From the NCBI GenBank assembly GCA_903837125.1, contig CAILTG010000055.1:2199-66198 (forward strand): a stretch of DNA of 64,000 nucleotides. Reading direction: 5' to 3'. Positions 38,177-46,910 of this stretch are shown here, piece after piece. Source of the stretch: Candidatus Magasanikiibacteriota bacterium (GTDB taxonomy: Bacteria; Patescibacteriota; Patescibacteriia; Magasanikbacterales; UBA922). The notes under the pieces were generated by a model. The model searched no databases, was not told where the DNA came from, and worked only from the letters and a program-made list of their open reading frames with translations. Both the position numbers and the translations under genes were made by a program. The number at the start of each line of letters is the position of its first letter. The first letter of the stretch is position 1.

Positions 38177-39750
38177 AACGTCTTCTCCCAATTCTCATCT
38201 TAATCCTTAGTTTTGCCAGCATTATTTTTATTCTAAGCCATACTTTGGATCCTGACTCTGGCTGGCACTTACGTTTTGGTCAAGCTGCCATTCAAGGCCA
38301 TTTTTCTTATACTGATACTTACACCTACACTTTTTTTGGCCAAAATTGGGTCAATCATGAATGGGGTGGCGATATATTGTTTTGGTTAATTTACAGCCAC
38401 TTTGGTTATGTAGGACTTATGATATTGACCGGAGTAGCCGTGTGGTTGTCACTATTTTTAATTCAATATTTATTTCAAAAAAGAATTACCATTATTTTTG
38501 CGCTGGTTCATTTAAGCTCAGTCTGGATTTTGTTACGTTTTTACTCCGTGAGAATAACCATGATGGCTATAATCTTCCCAGTTTTATTAATTATTATTTT
38601 GGAAAAAATTCAAGTACGACCTAAGATTATTTGGCTAACTTTACCACTTTTTTGGTTATGGTCAATTATGCACGGCAGTTGGATTTTAGGTTACATAATC
38701 ATCAATATTTATCTTTTTGCCAACCTCGGCCTAATACTTATCAATCGTTATTTTCCGCGTTGGCCTTATCTTAAAGATTATTGGCAAACTAAAATTATTA
38801 AACAAATTATTTTAGTACAAATTTTTTCAGCAATATTAATCTGTCTTAATCCTTATGGGCCAAAACTATGGCTGGAAATAATTAATTATTTTTCGCAAAG
38901 TTATTTTAAACAATTTACTTTAGAATGGATACCAAGCTATACCTACCCTGTTTACATCATACCTTTAATCACCGCCACCCTTGCCGCAGTAATTATTTTA
39001 GTAAATTTTAAAAATAAAAAAATATCTCTGCCACAACTCCTCTTATTTTTTGCTTTTTTCTACGCTGCTTGGGAATACCGACGCAATAACACTTATCTGG
39101 TCATTATCTGCGCGCCCATTCTTACTCTTTGTCTGGAAAATGGCTGGGCCACAATCAAAAAAACCTTATTTAAAAATAACTTGCGAACTAACAATCTTAT
39201 TTTGTATCCTGCCGGCTTGTTGGCTATTTTATTTATTATTTTGTTAATTGCTCAAACTAGTTTTGCCAGTGATAAATTTATTGATGCCCGCGTTCTTTCA
39301 CAATCCACCTACCCTTTGGCTGCTGTAAATTTTTTACAACAACAACTTGGCGACAAACCAACAAATATTTTTAATGAATTTGGCTGGGGTGGCTACTTAA
39401 TTTGGCGCCTACCACAAGCTAAAGTGTATTTTGACGGACGAGGCACGGCTACTTGGACGTACCCAGGCACTAATGAACCAATGCTCAAACATTATCGTGA
39501 ACTTAAATTTTTGCCCGGAGGATTAGCTGAGATTGAAAAAAGCCCAGCCGAATGGATAATTCTAGAAAGAAGCTATTCCGGATATTCCACCACACCAGAC
39601 ACTTTCAACCGCCTGATGTTTGGGGAAGATAATTTACAAAAAGTTTTGGACAATTCTGCCCCACCTCTGATAGTTGATTTGGAAAAAAGTTCTAATTGGA
39701 AAAAAGTTTACGAGGATTATCTAGCCACGATTTGGCAACGAAAATCGTAA
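38173..39750 (+). CDS. Polytopic membrane protein, probable GT-C superfamily glycosyltransferase
   Basis: DPDSGWHLRFG, WVNHEWG, WSIMHG, NPYG, LEW, FNEFGWGGYLIW, YFDGR; more than 10 TM; ATGA overlap with the upstream stop. Confidence 0.65.
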   Translation: MKRLLPILILILSFASIIFILSHTLDPDSGWHLRFGQAAIQGHFSYTDTYTYTFFGQNWVNHEWGGDILFWLIYSHFGYVGLMILTGVAVWLSLFLIQYLFQKRITIIFALVHLSSVWILLRFYSVRITMMAIIFPVLLIIILEKIQVRPKIIWLTLPLFWLWSIMHGSWILGYIIINIYLFANLGLILINRYFPRWPYLKDYWQTKIIKQIILVQIFSAILICLNPYGPKLWLEIINYFSQSYFKQFTLEWIPSYTYPVYIIPLITATLAAVIILVNFKNKKISLPQLLLFFAFFYAAWEYRRNNTYLVIICAPILTLCLENGWATIKKTLFKNNLRTNNLILYPAGLLAILFIILLIAQTSFASDKFIDARVLSQSTYPLAAVNFLQQQLGDKPTNIFNEFGWGGYLIWRLPQAKVYFDGRGTATWTYPGTNEPMLKHYRELKFLPGGLAEIEKSPAEWIILERSYSGYSTTPDTFNRLMFGEDNLQKVLDNSAPPLIVDLEKSSNWKKVYEDYLATIWQRKS

Positions 39751-39797
39751 AATACAAAAAATGTTGTATTTTTTTATGTGTATATTGTATCTTGTTT

Positions 39798-40499
39798 CTA
39801 CATTCCTCTCGCCAAAGTAAAACCAACCACTTCTCTCACGCCCGCTAGCCGCAAAACTTTGGCACACTCATTCATGGTGCTACCGGTAGTAAAAACATCA
39901 TCCACTAAAATTATTTTTTTACCAGCTAATAATTTATTCTCTAACAATTCAAAAGCACCCGCCACATTTTTTATTCTGGCTTCGCGACTTAATTTTGCCT
40001 GTTGATGAGTATAAACAATCCTTTTTAAAACTAAAGCTACCGGAAGTTTAAGCTCGTGCCCCAACTGACGAGCGATAATCTCTGCTTGATTAAAACCTCG
40101 TTCAGCATAACGCCGAGCATGCAAGGGCACGGGTACGATTAAATCCATATTTTTTAATAACTCACTATTTTTTCCAACAAAAATCTTTATTAAATCTTCA
40201 AAAACTAATTTTAACTCCTCTAAATAATTATATTTAAAATCAGTAATAATTTTACCAGCTAATAAATTTTCGCTGTACGGTAATAGGGAAATCTGCGCGG
40301 AGAGTGGAGAAAATCTAGAACACGAATCACAACAAACTCCTCCAACCACTCGCCGCCTACAACGCGGACAACAAAAGACCCCCACGGGGTCTATTTTTTT
40401 AAAACATTTTGTACAAACCAATTTGCCCTCTTCACTACAACCCAAACAATAAACAGGAAAAATACAATCTTTTATTTCTGCTATCAACCTTTTTAGCAT
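39798..40499 (-). CDS. comFC: ComF/ComFC family (double zinc ribbon plus PRTase-like)
   Basis: CLGC/CTKC/CPRC/CDSC, VPVPLH...ERGFNQA, ILVDDVFTTGST. Confidence 0.93.
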   Translation of the reverse strand: MLKRLIAEIKDCIFPVYCLGCSEEGKLVCTKCFKKIDPVGVFCCPRCRRRVVGGVCCDSCSRFSPLSAQISLLPYSENLLAGKIITDFKYNYLEELKLVFEDLIKIFVGKNSELLKNMDLIVPVPLHARRYAERGFNQAEIIARQLGHELKLPVALVLKRIVYTHQQAKLSREARIKNVAGAFELLENKLLAGKKIILVDDVFTTGSTMNECAKVLRLAGVREVVGFTLARGM

Positions 40500-40500
40500 A

Positions 40501-40605
40501 AATTCTCAATTTACAATTTACAATTTTCAATGAATTTACAATTTTCAATTACCAATTAGTGTATTGAAAATTTATTGTAAATTGAAAATTGATTATTGTA
40601 AATTT
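40501..40605. repeat. Inverted heptamer element (aatttac/aattttc)n...(gtaaatt/gaaaatt)n
   Basis: Left arm matches 63117-63155 at 36 of 39 nt. Confidence 0.8.
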
Positions 40606-40608
40606 TTT

Positions 40609-41187
40609 TTACTTGTTCCAATAAAATCCACTAACTTTCCAATCTGCTCCGGCACGAACCAATTCTACTCTACCAGATCTATAGTAAGTCTGGCTTGAAG
40701 TAGCAGTTTCATCAATTATTTGTGTATCCACCAAAACTGTAGCTTTCTCAGTTTCAAAACTTGTTACTGAACTGGATATTACTTTGGTTTCTCGACCCTG
40801 ATAAACAGAATTTTGCGGCACAGCTTGGGTTTTAAGCCACTTAACCACCTCGGGTGTAGCCATTAGTAATACGTCAGCTAAATGAGCATTATTGTTTTGA
40901 TTGGAATAACTGCCAAACCGTTCTACAAAAATTTGGGCCACCTGTTTGGCATAAAGTTCGTCTGGTGCAGTTCTGGTTGGAACAATAGGTTGAATTGGCC
41001 CCTGATTTTGATTAACAGCTTGTTGGGTAGCACCTGTTTCCTGTTGTTCTACTTTATTTCCAATAGTAGGAATATTTAATTTAATAATTCCCGGCTTAAA
41101 AACAAACAAATATAATAATAGTGAAACTATAATTAAACCGGCTACAATTCCTGTTCCTAAAAAAATTCGTTTTCTTAAATCCAACAT
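40609..41187 (-). CDS. Bitopic membrane protein, VirB8/NTF2-like candidate
   Basis: N-terminal TM, Gln/Pro linker, AQIFVERFGSYS ... VELVRAGADWKVSGF (NTF2-like ending); directly after VirB4. Confidence 0.55.
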   Translation of the reverse strand: MLDLRKRIFLGTGIVAGLIIVSLLLYLFVFKPGIIKLNIPTIGNKVEQQETGATQQAVNQNQGPIQPIVPTRTAPDELYAKQVAQIFVERFGSYSNQNNNAHLADVLLMATPEVVKWLKTQAVPQNSVYQGRETKVISSSVTSFETEKATVLVDTQIIDETATSSQTYYRSGRVELVRAGADWKVSGFYWNK

Positions 41188-41210
41188 ACAATTAACACTT
41201 AAACGATAAG

Positions 41211-43103
41211 TTATGTTTCACTTTTCGGTTCAGCTCCTCCCATTTGTTCTTCATATTCTTTCTTAGCTTTTTCTATATCTAATAACTGTTGAGGATTAGT
41301 AGTAACTAATTGATCTTCAGTATAAGAGGCTACCACCTTGATGGCGGCATGTTTTAAACCGGCAAAGAAAATCCCCTCGCCCACTGCAGTTTCCAGTAAT
41401 AAATACTTCTCTCCTTCAGTCAACATAAAAGTTTTCTGTACCATTTCAATAGCCGCCGGCGACTGACGTAGGAGTAATTGCAAAGCAGAATTAGTAACAA
41501 TTGCCTGGCCGTATTGAGAACGTAAAAAATCATTCACGTCTTGGGTGATCGTGGTTACTCCCAAATAATACTTGCGACAACGTTTTACCAAAGCATAAAT
41601 AAATTTGGCACTATCTTCATTGGTCATTAGCCACCAGGCCTCATCAATAATCATAATTCTCTTTTTTCTTTCACTACGCACCACATTCCAAATATAATTA
41701 ACTAAAGTATAAATAGCCATGGGCCGCAATTCATCTTCTAAATCACGCACCGAAAACACCACCAATTGATTACTCATGTTGACATTGGTAGGTGAATTAA
41801 ACAGCCCTGAGAAAGTACCAATGGTAAATTTGCTTAATTTTAAAACCAAATTTTCTGCCCCCTGCATTCCTTCCAAAACTTCTTGCAAATCCTGCATAAT
41901 CGGCGCCTCTACTGTCGTTAAATCAGCATTGGCAGTAATATCTTTTTTAGCAAAAGTTTCCAACAAGGCCTTGTCCATAAGTGAATCTTCTTGAGAGGTA
42001 AGCGTGTTGAACATGATTCTAATTAACCCTTTTAAAGTAATTACGGCACTTCTAATAATATCCTCGGTGGATACTTGCTGGCCAACTGGACGAGGCAAAT
42101 CAAAAGGATTTACTTTTGATTCTGAAGCCAAAGAAATATTAACATAAGTGCCGCCCACTGCTTCACAAAGATGCAAATATTCCATTTCCGGATCAATAAT
42201 AATAATATCAGTGCCCATCATTAAAGTACGTAAAACTTCTAATTTAACGGCATACGATTTTCCCGAACCAGCCGTGGCAAACACCACCATATTGGCATTT
42301 TGTAAAGAAAAACGATCAAATAAAATAAGACTATTATTGTGGCGATTAATACCATATAATACTCCATCATCACTAGTCAATTCTGAAGAAATAAAAGGAA
42401 AAGAAGAAGCAATAGGCGAAGAATTCATGTTGAAAGAAACCGTAAGTTCATCAATACCAAGTGGCAGAGTTGAATTAAAACCCTGTTCAGCCTGAAATAA
42501 AACATGCTTACTATAAATTAATTTACTGCCAAAAATATTTTCCACATCTTCGGTTATTTTATTCAATTCTTCTAAATTCTTGGAATATAAAGTTACATAA
42601 AAAGAAAATTGAAAAAAATGTTCTACCCCTTGGGTTAAATCATCGCGCAGTTGTTCAATATCTCTGAGGGCTGTTTCACGTAAAGGATCACGAGCCGCGC
42701 CTTTTTCAGTATCTGAACTAATTTGAGCTTCTAGCGCTCCTACTTTTTTCTTTAACTGTTTGAGAATTATTTCAGCATTTACCGGATAAAAAAACATGGA
42801 AATATCCATGGTAATATTTAAATTCAAAATCGGCGAACTCCAACCAACGGCAATATACCGAGGATAAGTTATTACATAAATGGTCCGCAAAAAAATATCT
42901 CCCAATTGAATATAATTTGATTCAACTCTAAAAGCCGAAGGAGCAATCAAATCCTTAATAGCCACCGTGCCTTCCCGATAAAGCTGCTCTTCTTTTAAAG
43001 TAGTTATTTCCTCTTCTATTTTTTTATTTCGCAACCTATCCTCTGCTACCTGTCCGGCCAAAGCACCACGGGCTTTTTTAATTGTAGCTGGCTTAAAAGC
43101 CAT
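41211..43103 (-). CDS. virB4: VirB4/TraC-like type IV secretion ATPase
   Basis: YGINRHNNSLILFDRF, NANMVVFATAGSGKS (Walker A), IIDPEMEY, VNPFDL, IIDEAW (Walker B), RCRKY, TITQD. Confidence 0.88.
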   Translation of the reverse strand: MAFKPATIKKARGALAGQVAEDRLRNKKIEEEITTLKEEQLYREGTVAIKDLIAPSAFRVESNYIQLGDIFLRTIYVITYPRYIAVGWSSPILNLNITMDISMFFYPVNAEIILKQLKKKVGALEAQISSDTEKGAARDPLRETALRDIEQLRDDLTQGVEHFFQFSFYVTLYSKNLEELNKITEDVENIFGSKLIYSKHVLFQAEQGFNSTLPLGIDELTVSFNMNSSPIASSFPFISSELTSDDGVLYGINRHNNSLILFDRFSLQNANMVVFATAGSGKSYAVKLEVLRTLMMGTDIIIIDPEMEYLHLCEAVGGTYVNISLASESKVNPFDLPRPVGQQVSTEDIIRSAVITLKGLIRIMFNTLTSQEDSLMDKALLETFAKKDITANADLTTVEAPIMQDLQEVLEGMQGAENLVLKLSKFTIGTFSGLFNSPTNVNMSNQLVVFSVRDLEDELRPMAIYTLVNYIWNVVRSERKKRIMIIDEAWWLMTNEDSAKFIYALVKRCRKYYLGVTTITQDVNDFLRSQYGQAIVTNSALQLLLRQSPAAIEMVQKTFMLTEGEKYLLLETAVGEGIFFAGLKHAAIKVVASYTEDQLVTTNPQQLLDIEKAKKEYEEQMGGAEPKSET

Positions 43104-43132
43104 AATTGTACTAACTAAACATTAATAAATAA

Positions 43133-43831
43133 CTATTCATAATTATTTTCAATCTGCAATTGTTCAACTGCTCCCAGTCCTTCAGAAAAAGAAATATCAG
43201 GATTATAAGTTGCATAATATAATTCTATCAAAGCCTGGGTGCCTAACTCGGCAATTTCCAAACCCACACTCTGTAAACCACCAGCTACCTGCCGCACTCG
43301 GCTATCTAAATCCCCTTTTCTCTGTTTAAATCTTTCTTCTTTTAATCGAACAGTTAAGGCTGGTTTTATTACTTCTTTAAACCGCGCCCAAAAACTTTTT
43401 TTACGGTTGGACATGGGATCATAAGGAATAATCACATAAAATCTTTTAGTAACAATTTGACCCATTTCTACCAATTGTTCCACAAATGAACGATAATCGG
43501 CAATCTGAATCCTTAACAATTCATTACTTTGACTTTTTTCTGTTTCAAGTAATCGATCAAGATAAGGTTTTATTTGCAAACGCCGAGACTGAATTTGTAT
43601 CTGCAACGGAAAATCAATGCTGTTTAAAAAACCAACGTAAGCAGAAATCAGGGCCTCTTGTTCATCATCGGATTTTAAAGAAAAATTGATGCTAGAGACC
43701 ATTAAAACCGACCGCAAAGTGCCATCTTTTAAAATCACCACTCCATCTTTTATTTCCGCAATCGGCAGATAAGTTTGGGTGGCAGGTTTACTAGCAATTT
43801 TCTTTTGTGCCTTCTTAGACTTCATAAACAA
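43133..43831 (-). CDS. T4SS-associated protein resembling the split N-terminal part of VirB4 (TrsD/PrgI-adjacent type)
   Basis: TQTYLPIAEIKDGVVILKDG...VSSINFSLKSDDEQ...FLNSIDFPLQI...KRFYVIIP; lies between PrgI and VirB4. Confidence 0.7.
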   Translation of the reverse strand: MFMKSKKAQKKIASKPATQTYLPIAEIKDGVVILKDGTLRSVLMVSSINFSLKSDDEQEALISAYVGFLNSIDFPLQIQIQSRRLQIKPYLDRLLETEKSQSNELLRIQIADYRSFVEQLVEMGQIVTKRFYVIIPYDPMSNRKKSFWARFKEVIKPALTVRLKEERFKQRKGDLDSRVRQVAGGLQSVGLEIAELGTQALIELYYATYNPDISFSEGLGAVEQLQIENNYE

Positions 43832-43845
43832 ATACCATTATACCA

Positions 43846-44271
43846 TTAATCTTCCGGTTTATAAAACCCACCAGTATTTACTATTAGCGCCAAATCGCGC
43901 ACATGCTCTGACTTCACTTTTTTTCTAATCTCTTTTTCCGGAATTTTTTCAACCTCCAGATTTCTAAAATAATCTAATTCTTCTTTACTATAAAACTTAC
44001 GCCAAATACGCAAAGAAGGCTTTCGTACTGTTTGTAAAATATTCAATAAAAAATAATGGAATAACTGACCATTCACTTTAACAAAAGAAAAAACTAAGGC
44101 CAAACTGCCAACTATCACTAAAACAGTAATGAATAAACTAAAATCCGCATATTTATAAGCCAAAAAAATTAATAAGCTAGCAGATAATAATATCAAAAAC
44201 TGCCGGGTGGTAATTGGCCCAAATATTTTATCTTCCACATCAATAAATTGAGGAACAACAAACTGTTGCAT
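43846..44271 (-). CDS. PrgI-family (VirB3-like) membrane protein
   Basis: QFVVPQFIDVEDKIFGPITTRQF + 2 TM + KVNGQ. Confidence 0.85.
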   Translation of the reverse strand: MQQFVVPQFIDVEDKIFGPITTRQFLILLSASLLIFLAYKYADFSLFITVLVIVGSLALVFSFVKVNGQLFHYFLLNILQTVRKPSLRIWRKFYSKEELDYFRNLEVEKIPEKEIRKKVKSEHVRDLALIVNTGGFYKPED

Positions 44272-44275
44272 ATTT

Positions 44276-45364
44276 TCAATTGTTAAGTTGGCTGTTCACC
44301 TCTACCAGTGCGGTAAACTCAGTGGTTTTCATTTGACTACCCTGACCATTATTAGCATCCAATAAACTGGCTATTTTGGTTTTCTTTTCTAAAGCCTCTC
44401 TAATCACTCCTTGGTACTGTTTATAAAGAGGACTAACCTGCCAAGCATTAAGTGCTTCAAAAAATAACAAATATGACTCTTTTTTAAAAACAGCAAATTT
44501 GTCAGCCAAAATTTTACCTGCTTGAGATGGCTTATTACTCAAACGCCGAAAATCTGTTAAAGAAAACATTTTTAATTCTTCAATTGGCCCTACACTTCTT
44601 TTTTCAACCACCGGAGCAATCACATCATGAATTATTGGTCTGGCGGCTTGGCTGTTTATTAAAACTGTCTGATTTGGGGGTATCTCCTGGCTCTGCAATG
44701 ATTCATTAACCAAGTGGTCAAGTGGTTTAGTGGTTGGGTGGTAAGGTGGTAAGGTGCTTGAATGGTTCAGTGATTGAGTGTTCAAATTTTTAATCGCCTC
44801 AAGCAACTGTTTAGCCTGATCCTGGCTCCAACCTAAACCGCCAGAATTTTCCAACTTAAGACAATATTCAATTACTTGATCATCCGTACGCACATCTTTT
44901 AAACGCGAAACCACTAAAGGACGAAGTCGTGAAAGTTGTTTATCAGTAACCGGAAATTTTATTTTTTTCATTATTCCACTAAATTCATCTTCTTTATTAC
45001 TTGGCAAAGACTCCAAATCAAAATCAGTTTCCTCCACTTTTTCTTCCAATGGTGACACCTGGTCGCCCTCTGTCCATTGTTTTATATTCGGCAAAATTTG
45101 ATCTTTCGATCTTTCGATCTTTCGATCTTTCGCCACAGCCATCGCCGCCGCTTCATCAATAAAAATATCAGTCACCGGCGTACTGGTAGCCAAAGCTTGA
45201 CTCTGCGTCTCCATTGGCAGTGCCTCAATCGGTGCTTTTGCATTCAGTTGCTCAGGTGTTGAGGTGCTCAAGTTTTCTTTATATTTTTTAAACTCATCCA
45301 TAGTCATACGAACCGACGTACCGTCGGCTTTTTTGACAAGGATAGTTGGTAATGATAAAACCAT
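44276..45364 (-). CDS. Hypothetical protein in the T4SS-like operon, with in-frame 8-mer repeat arrays
   Basis: 362-aa ORF; VSRLKDVR...GGLG and VGPIEELKMFSLTDFRRL blocks separated by low-complexity linkers. Confidence 0.75.
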   Translation of the reverse strand: MVLSLPTILVKKADGTSVRMTMDEFKKYKENLSTSTPEQLNAKAPIEALPMETQSQALATSTPVTDIFIDEAAAMAVAKDRKIERSKDQILPNIKQWTEGDQVSPLEEKVEETDFDLESLPSNKEDEFSGIMKKIKFPVTDKQLSRLRPLVVSRLKDVRTDDQVIEYCLKLENSGGLGWSQDQAKQLLEAIKNLNTQSLNHSSTLPPYHPTTKPLDHLVNESLQSQEIPPNQTVLINSQAARPIIHDVIAPVVEKRSVGPIEELKMFSLTDFRRLSNKPSQAGKILADKFAVFKKESYLLFFEALNAWQVSPLYKQYQGVIREALEKKTKIASLLDANNGQGSQMKTTEFTALVEVNSQLNN

Positions 45365-45373
45365 AAAATATTA

Positions 45374-46846
45374 TTATACAAATTTCTGATTTGGTCTGGT
45401 AGTATTCAACTTCCATTGATTATCTTTTTCTGAATAATAAATCAAAGGTCCATATTCTGGAGAAAATAATTCCTCATACAATTGACTCAAAACTAAAATA
45501 CCAGAAAAATAAGGATCTTCCTGCCAATCAGGTAAATCCATAAAGGCACAAATCAATTCCACGCGCAAAGCAAATGGACGATTAACAATTTTAAAATAAG
45601 TTTTAATATTTTCAGCAGACTCTTCATCTATTTCACCGCTAATTATTTTTTGCCAATCAAAATTCGCATCCTTTTTTAACATTTCACCCAAAATATGATG
45701 AAAATCTATTAAGTCACAGTCACGCAAATGCAAATATAAATTTAAAACACCCAATAATTTTGGCTCCAGACTTATTGGCCAACTATTCTTGGCAATCTCC
45801 GCTTTTACATAATTTTCCTGATTTGCTATTTCTAATTCATTGTTGCTTCCGGCCAAATAAGCACCAATAAATTGACCAATTGTTAGACTATCATCACCAT
45901 TCTCTTGAAAATACACAACCTCTTGGTTGGCCAACAAGCTCTCGGCCAGGGTGGCTGATTGTACCAAATATTCATCCAAAAATCTCTGATCTACTAAAAT
46001 ATTAATTAACACGCTTCGCCAAGGCGCGTTTAAGCAAAAACCTGTCCAAAAATATTTTTCAATTAAAGTTTTTCTTTCTTCAACAATAAAATCCGGAAAG
46101 CCTTTTAAAATTAAAAATACTAAACCAATAATAAATAAATAATAATCAAATTCCTGGTGCAGTTCTTTATTAAAGTTTAACTTTAATAAAAAAGACTTAG
46201 CCCAAACCTGTAGATCTGCTTCATTGCCATAAAAAGACTGACCTAAAAATCTAAGTAACGATTGCCAATCAGGTACCTGGCCATTTTTTATTTCCTCTTC
46301 TAATTCCTGCACCGTATATCTGTGCTCAGTTTGATAAAAAAGTAACAAAGAACCAACCAACAAAAATTGCTTCTGCAAATAATTATAAGAAATAAAGATT
46401 GATTTTAATGTTTCTTCAACTTTTATTGCTGTTTCTACATCCAAAACAACTAATCTAGCAACGAGTTCTTTTACAGCCTCTGTTTCCCAACCAAGGCTTG
46501 CTAATAATTTACTCCAATTTATCTCATTCGCTTCAATAATATCAGCAGTTGCGCTTTTTGGCCAAATATTTTGCAATGAATTTAAATCTAACAAAAGATT
46601 ATTCAACATTTCATTATCTATAGTATCTACACCCATTACCAAAAAAGCAATTTCAAGATCTTTACCCACTTTTTTAATACTAAATTCATCATTAACATCT
46701 TCCACTAAAAACGACAAACCGCGCCAAAAAGAATTGTATGTCCAATTACGGCCAAAAATATTTTTAGACAGTTCCGAAATATTGGACAAGACCAAAAATT
46801 TTTTGTCCCACCATTCTTCTGGATTGTTAACTATATTTTGATACAT
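45374..46846 (-). CDS. Hypothetical helical protein in the T4SS-like operon
   Basis: Long ORF, same strand, tightly packed; ATG 46846 preferred over TTG 46885. Confidence 0.75.
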   Translation of the reverse strand: MYQNIVNNPEEWWDKKFLVLSNISELSKNIFGRNWTYNSFWRGLSFLVEDVNDEFSIKKVGKDLEIAFLVMGVDTIDNEMLNNLLLDLNSLQNIWPKSATADIIEANEINWSKLLASLGWETEAVKELVARLVVLDVETAIKVEETLKSIFISYNYLQKQFLLVGSLLLFYQTEHRYTVQELEEEIKNGQVPDWQSLLRFLGQSFYGNEADLQVWAKSFLLKLNFNKELHQEFDYYLFIIGLVFLILKGFPDFIVEERKTLIEKYFWTGFCLNAPWRSVLINILVDQRFLDEYLVQSATLAESLLANQEVVYFQENGDDSLTIGQFIGAYLAGSNNELEIANQENYVKAEIAKNSWPISLEPKLLGVLNLYLHLRDCDLIDFHHILGEMLKKDANFDWQKIISGEIDEESAENIKTYFKIVNRPFALRVELICAFMDLPDWQEDPYFSGILVLSQLYEELFSPEYGPLIYYSEKDNQWKLNTTRPNQKFV

Positions 46847-46910
46847 AACCAATTTATTTCTGACCGGATTAATAAAATATAACAAAATTACGATGTGAAA
46901 AAATCTTTAT

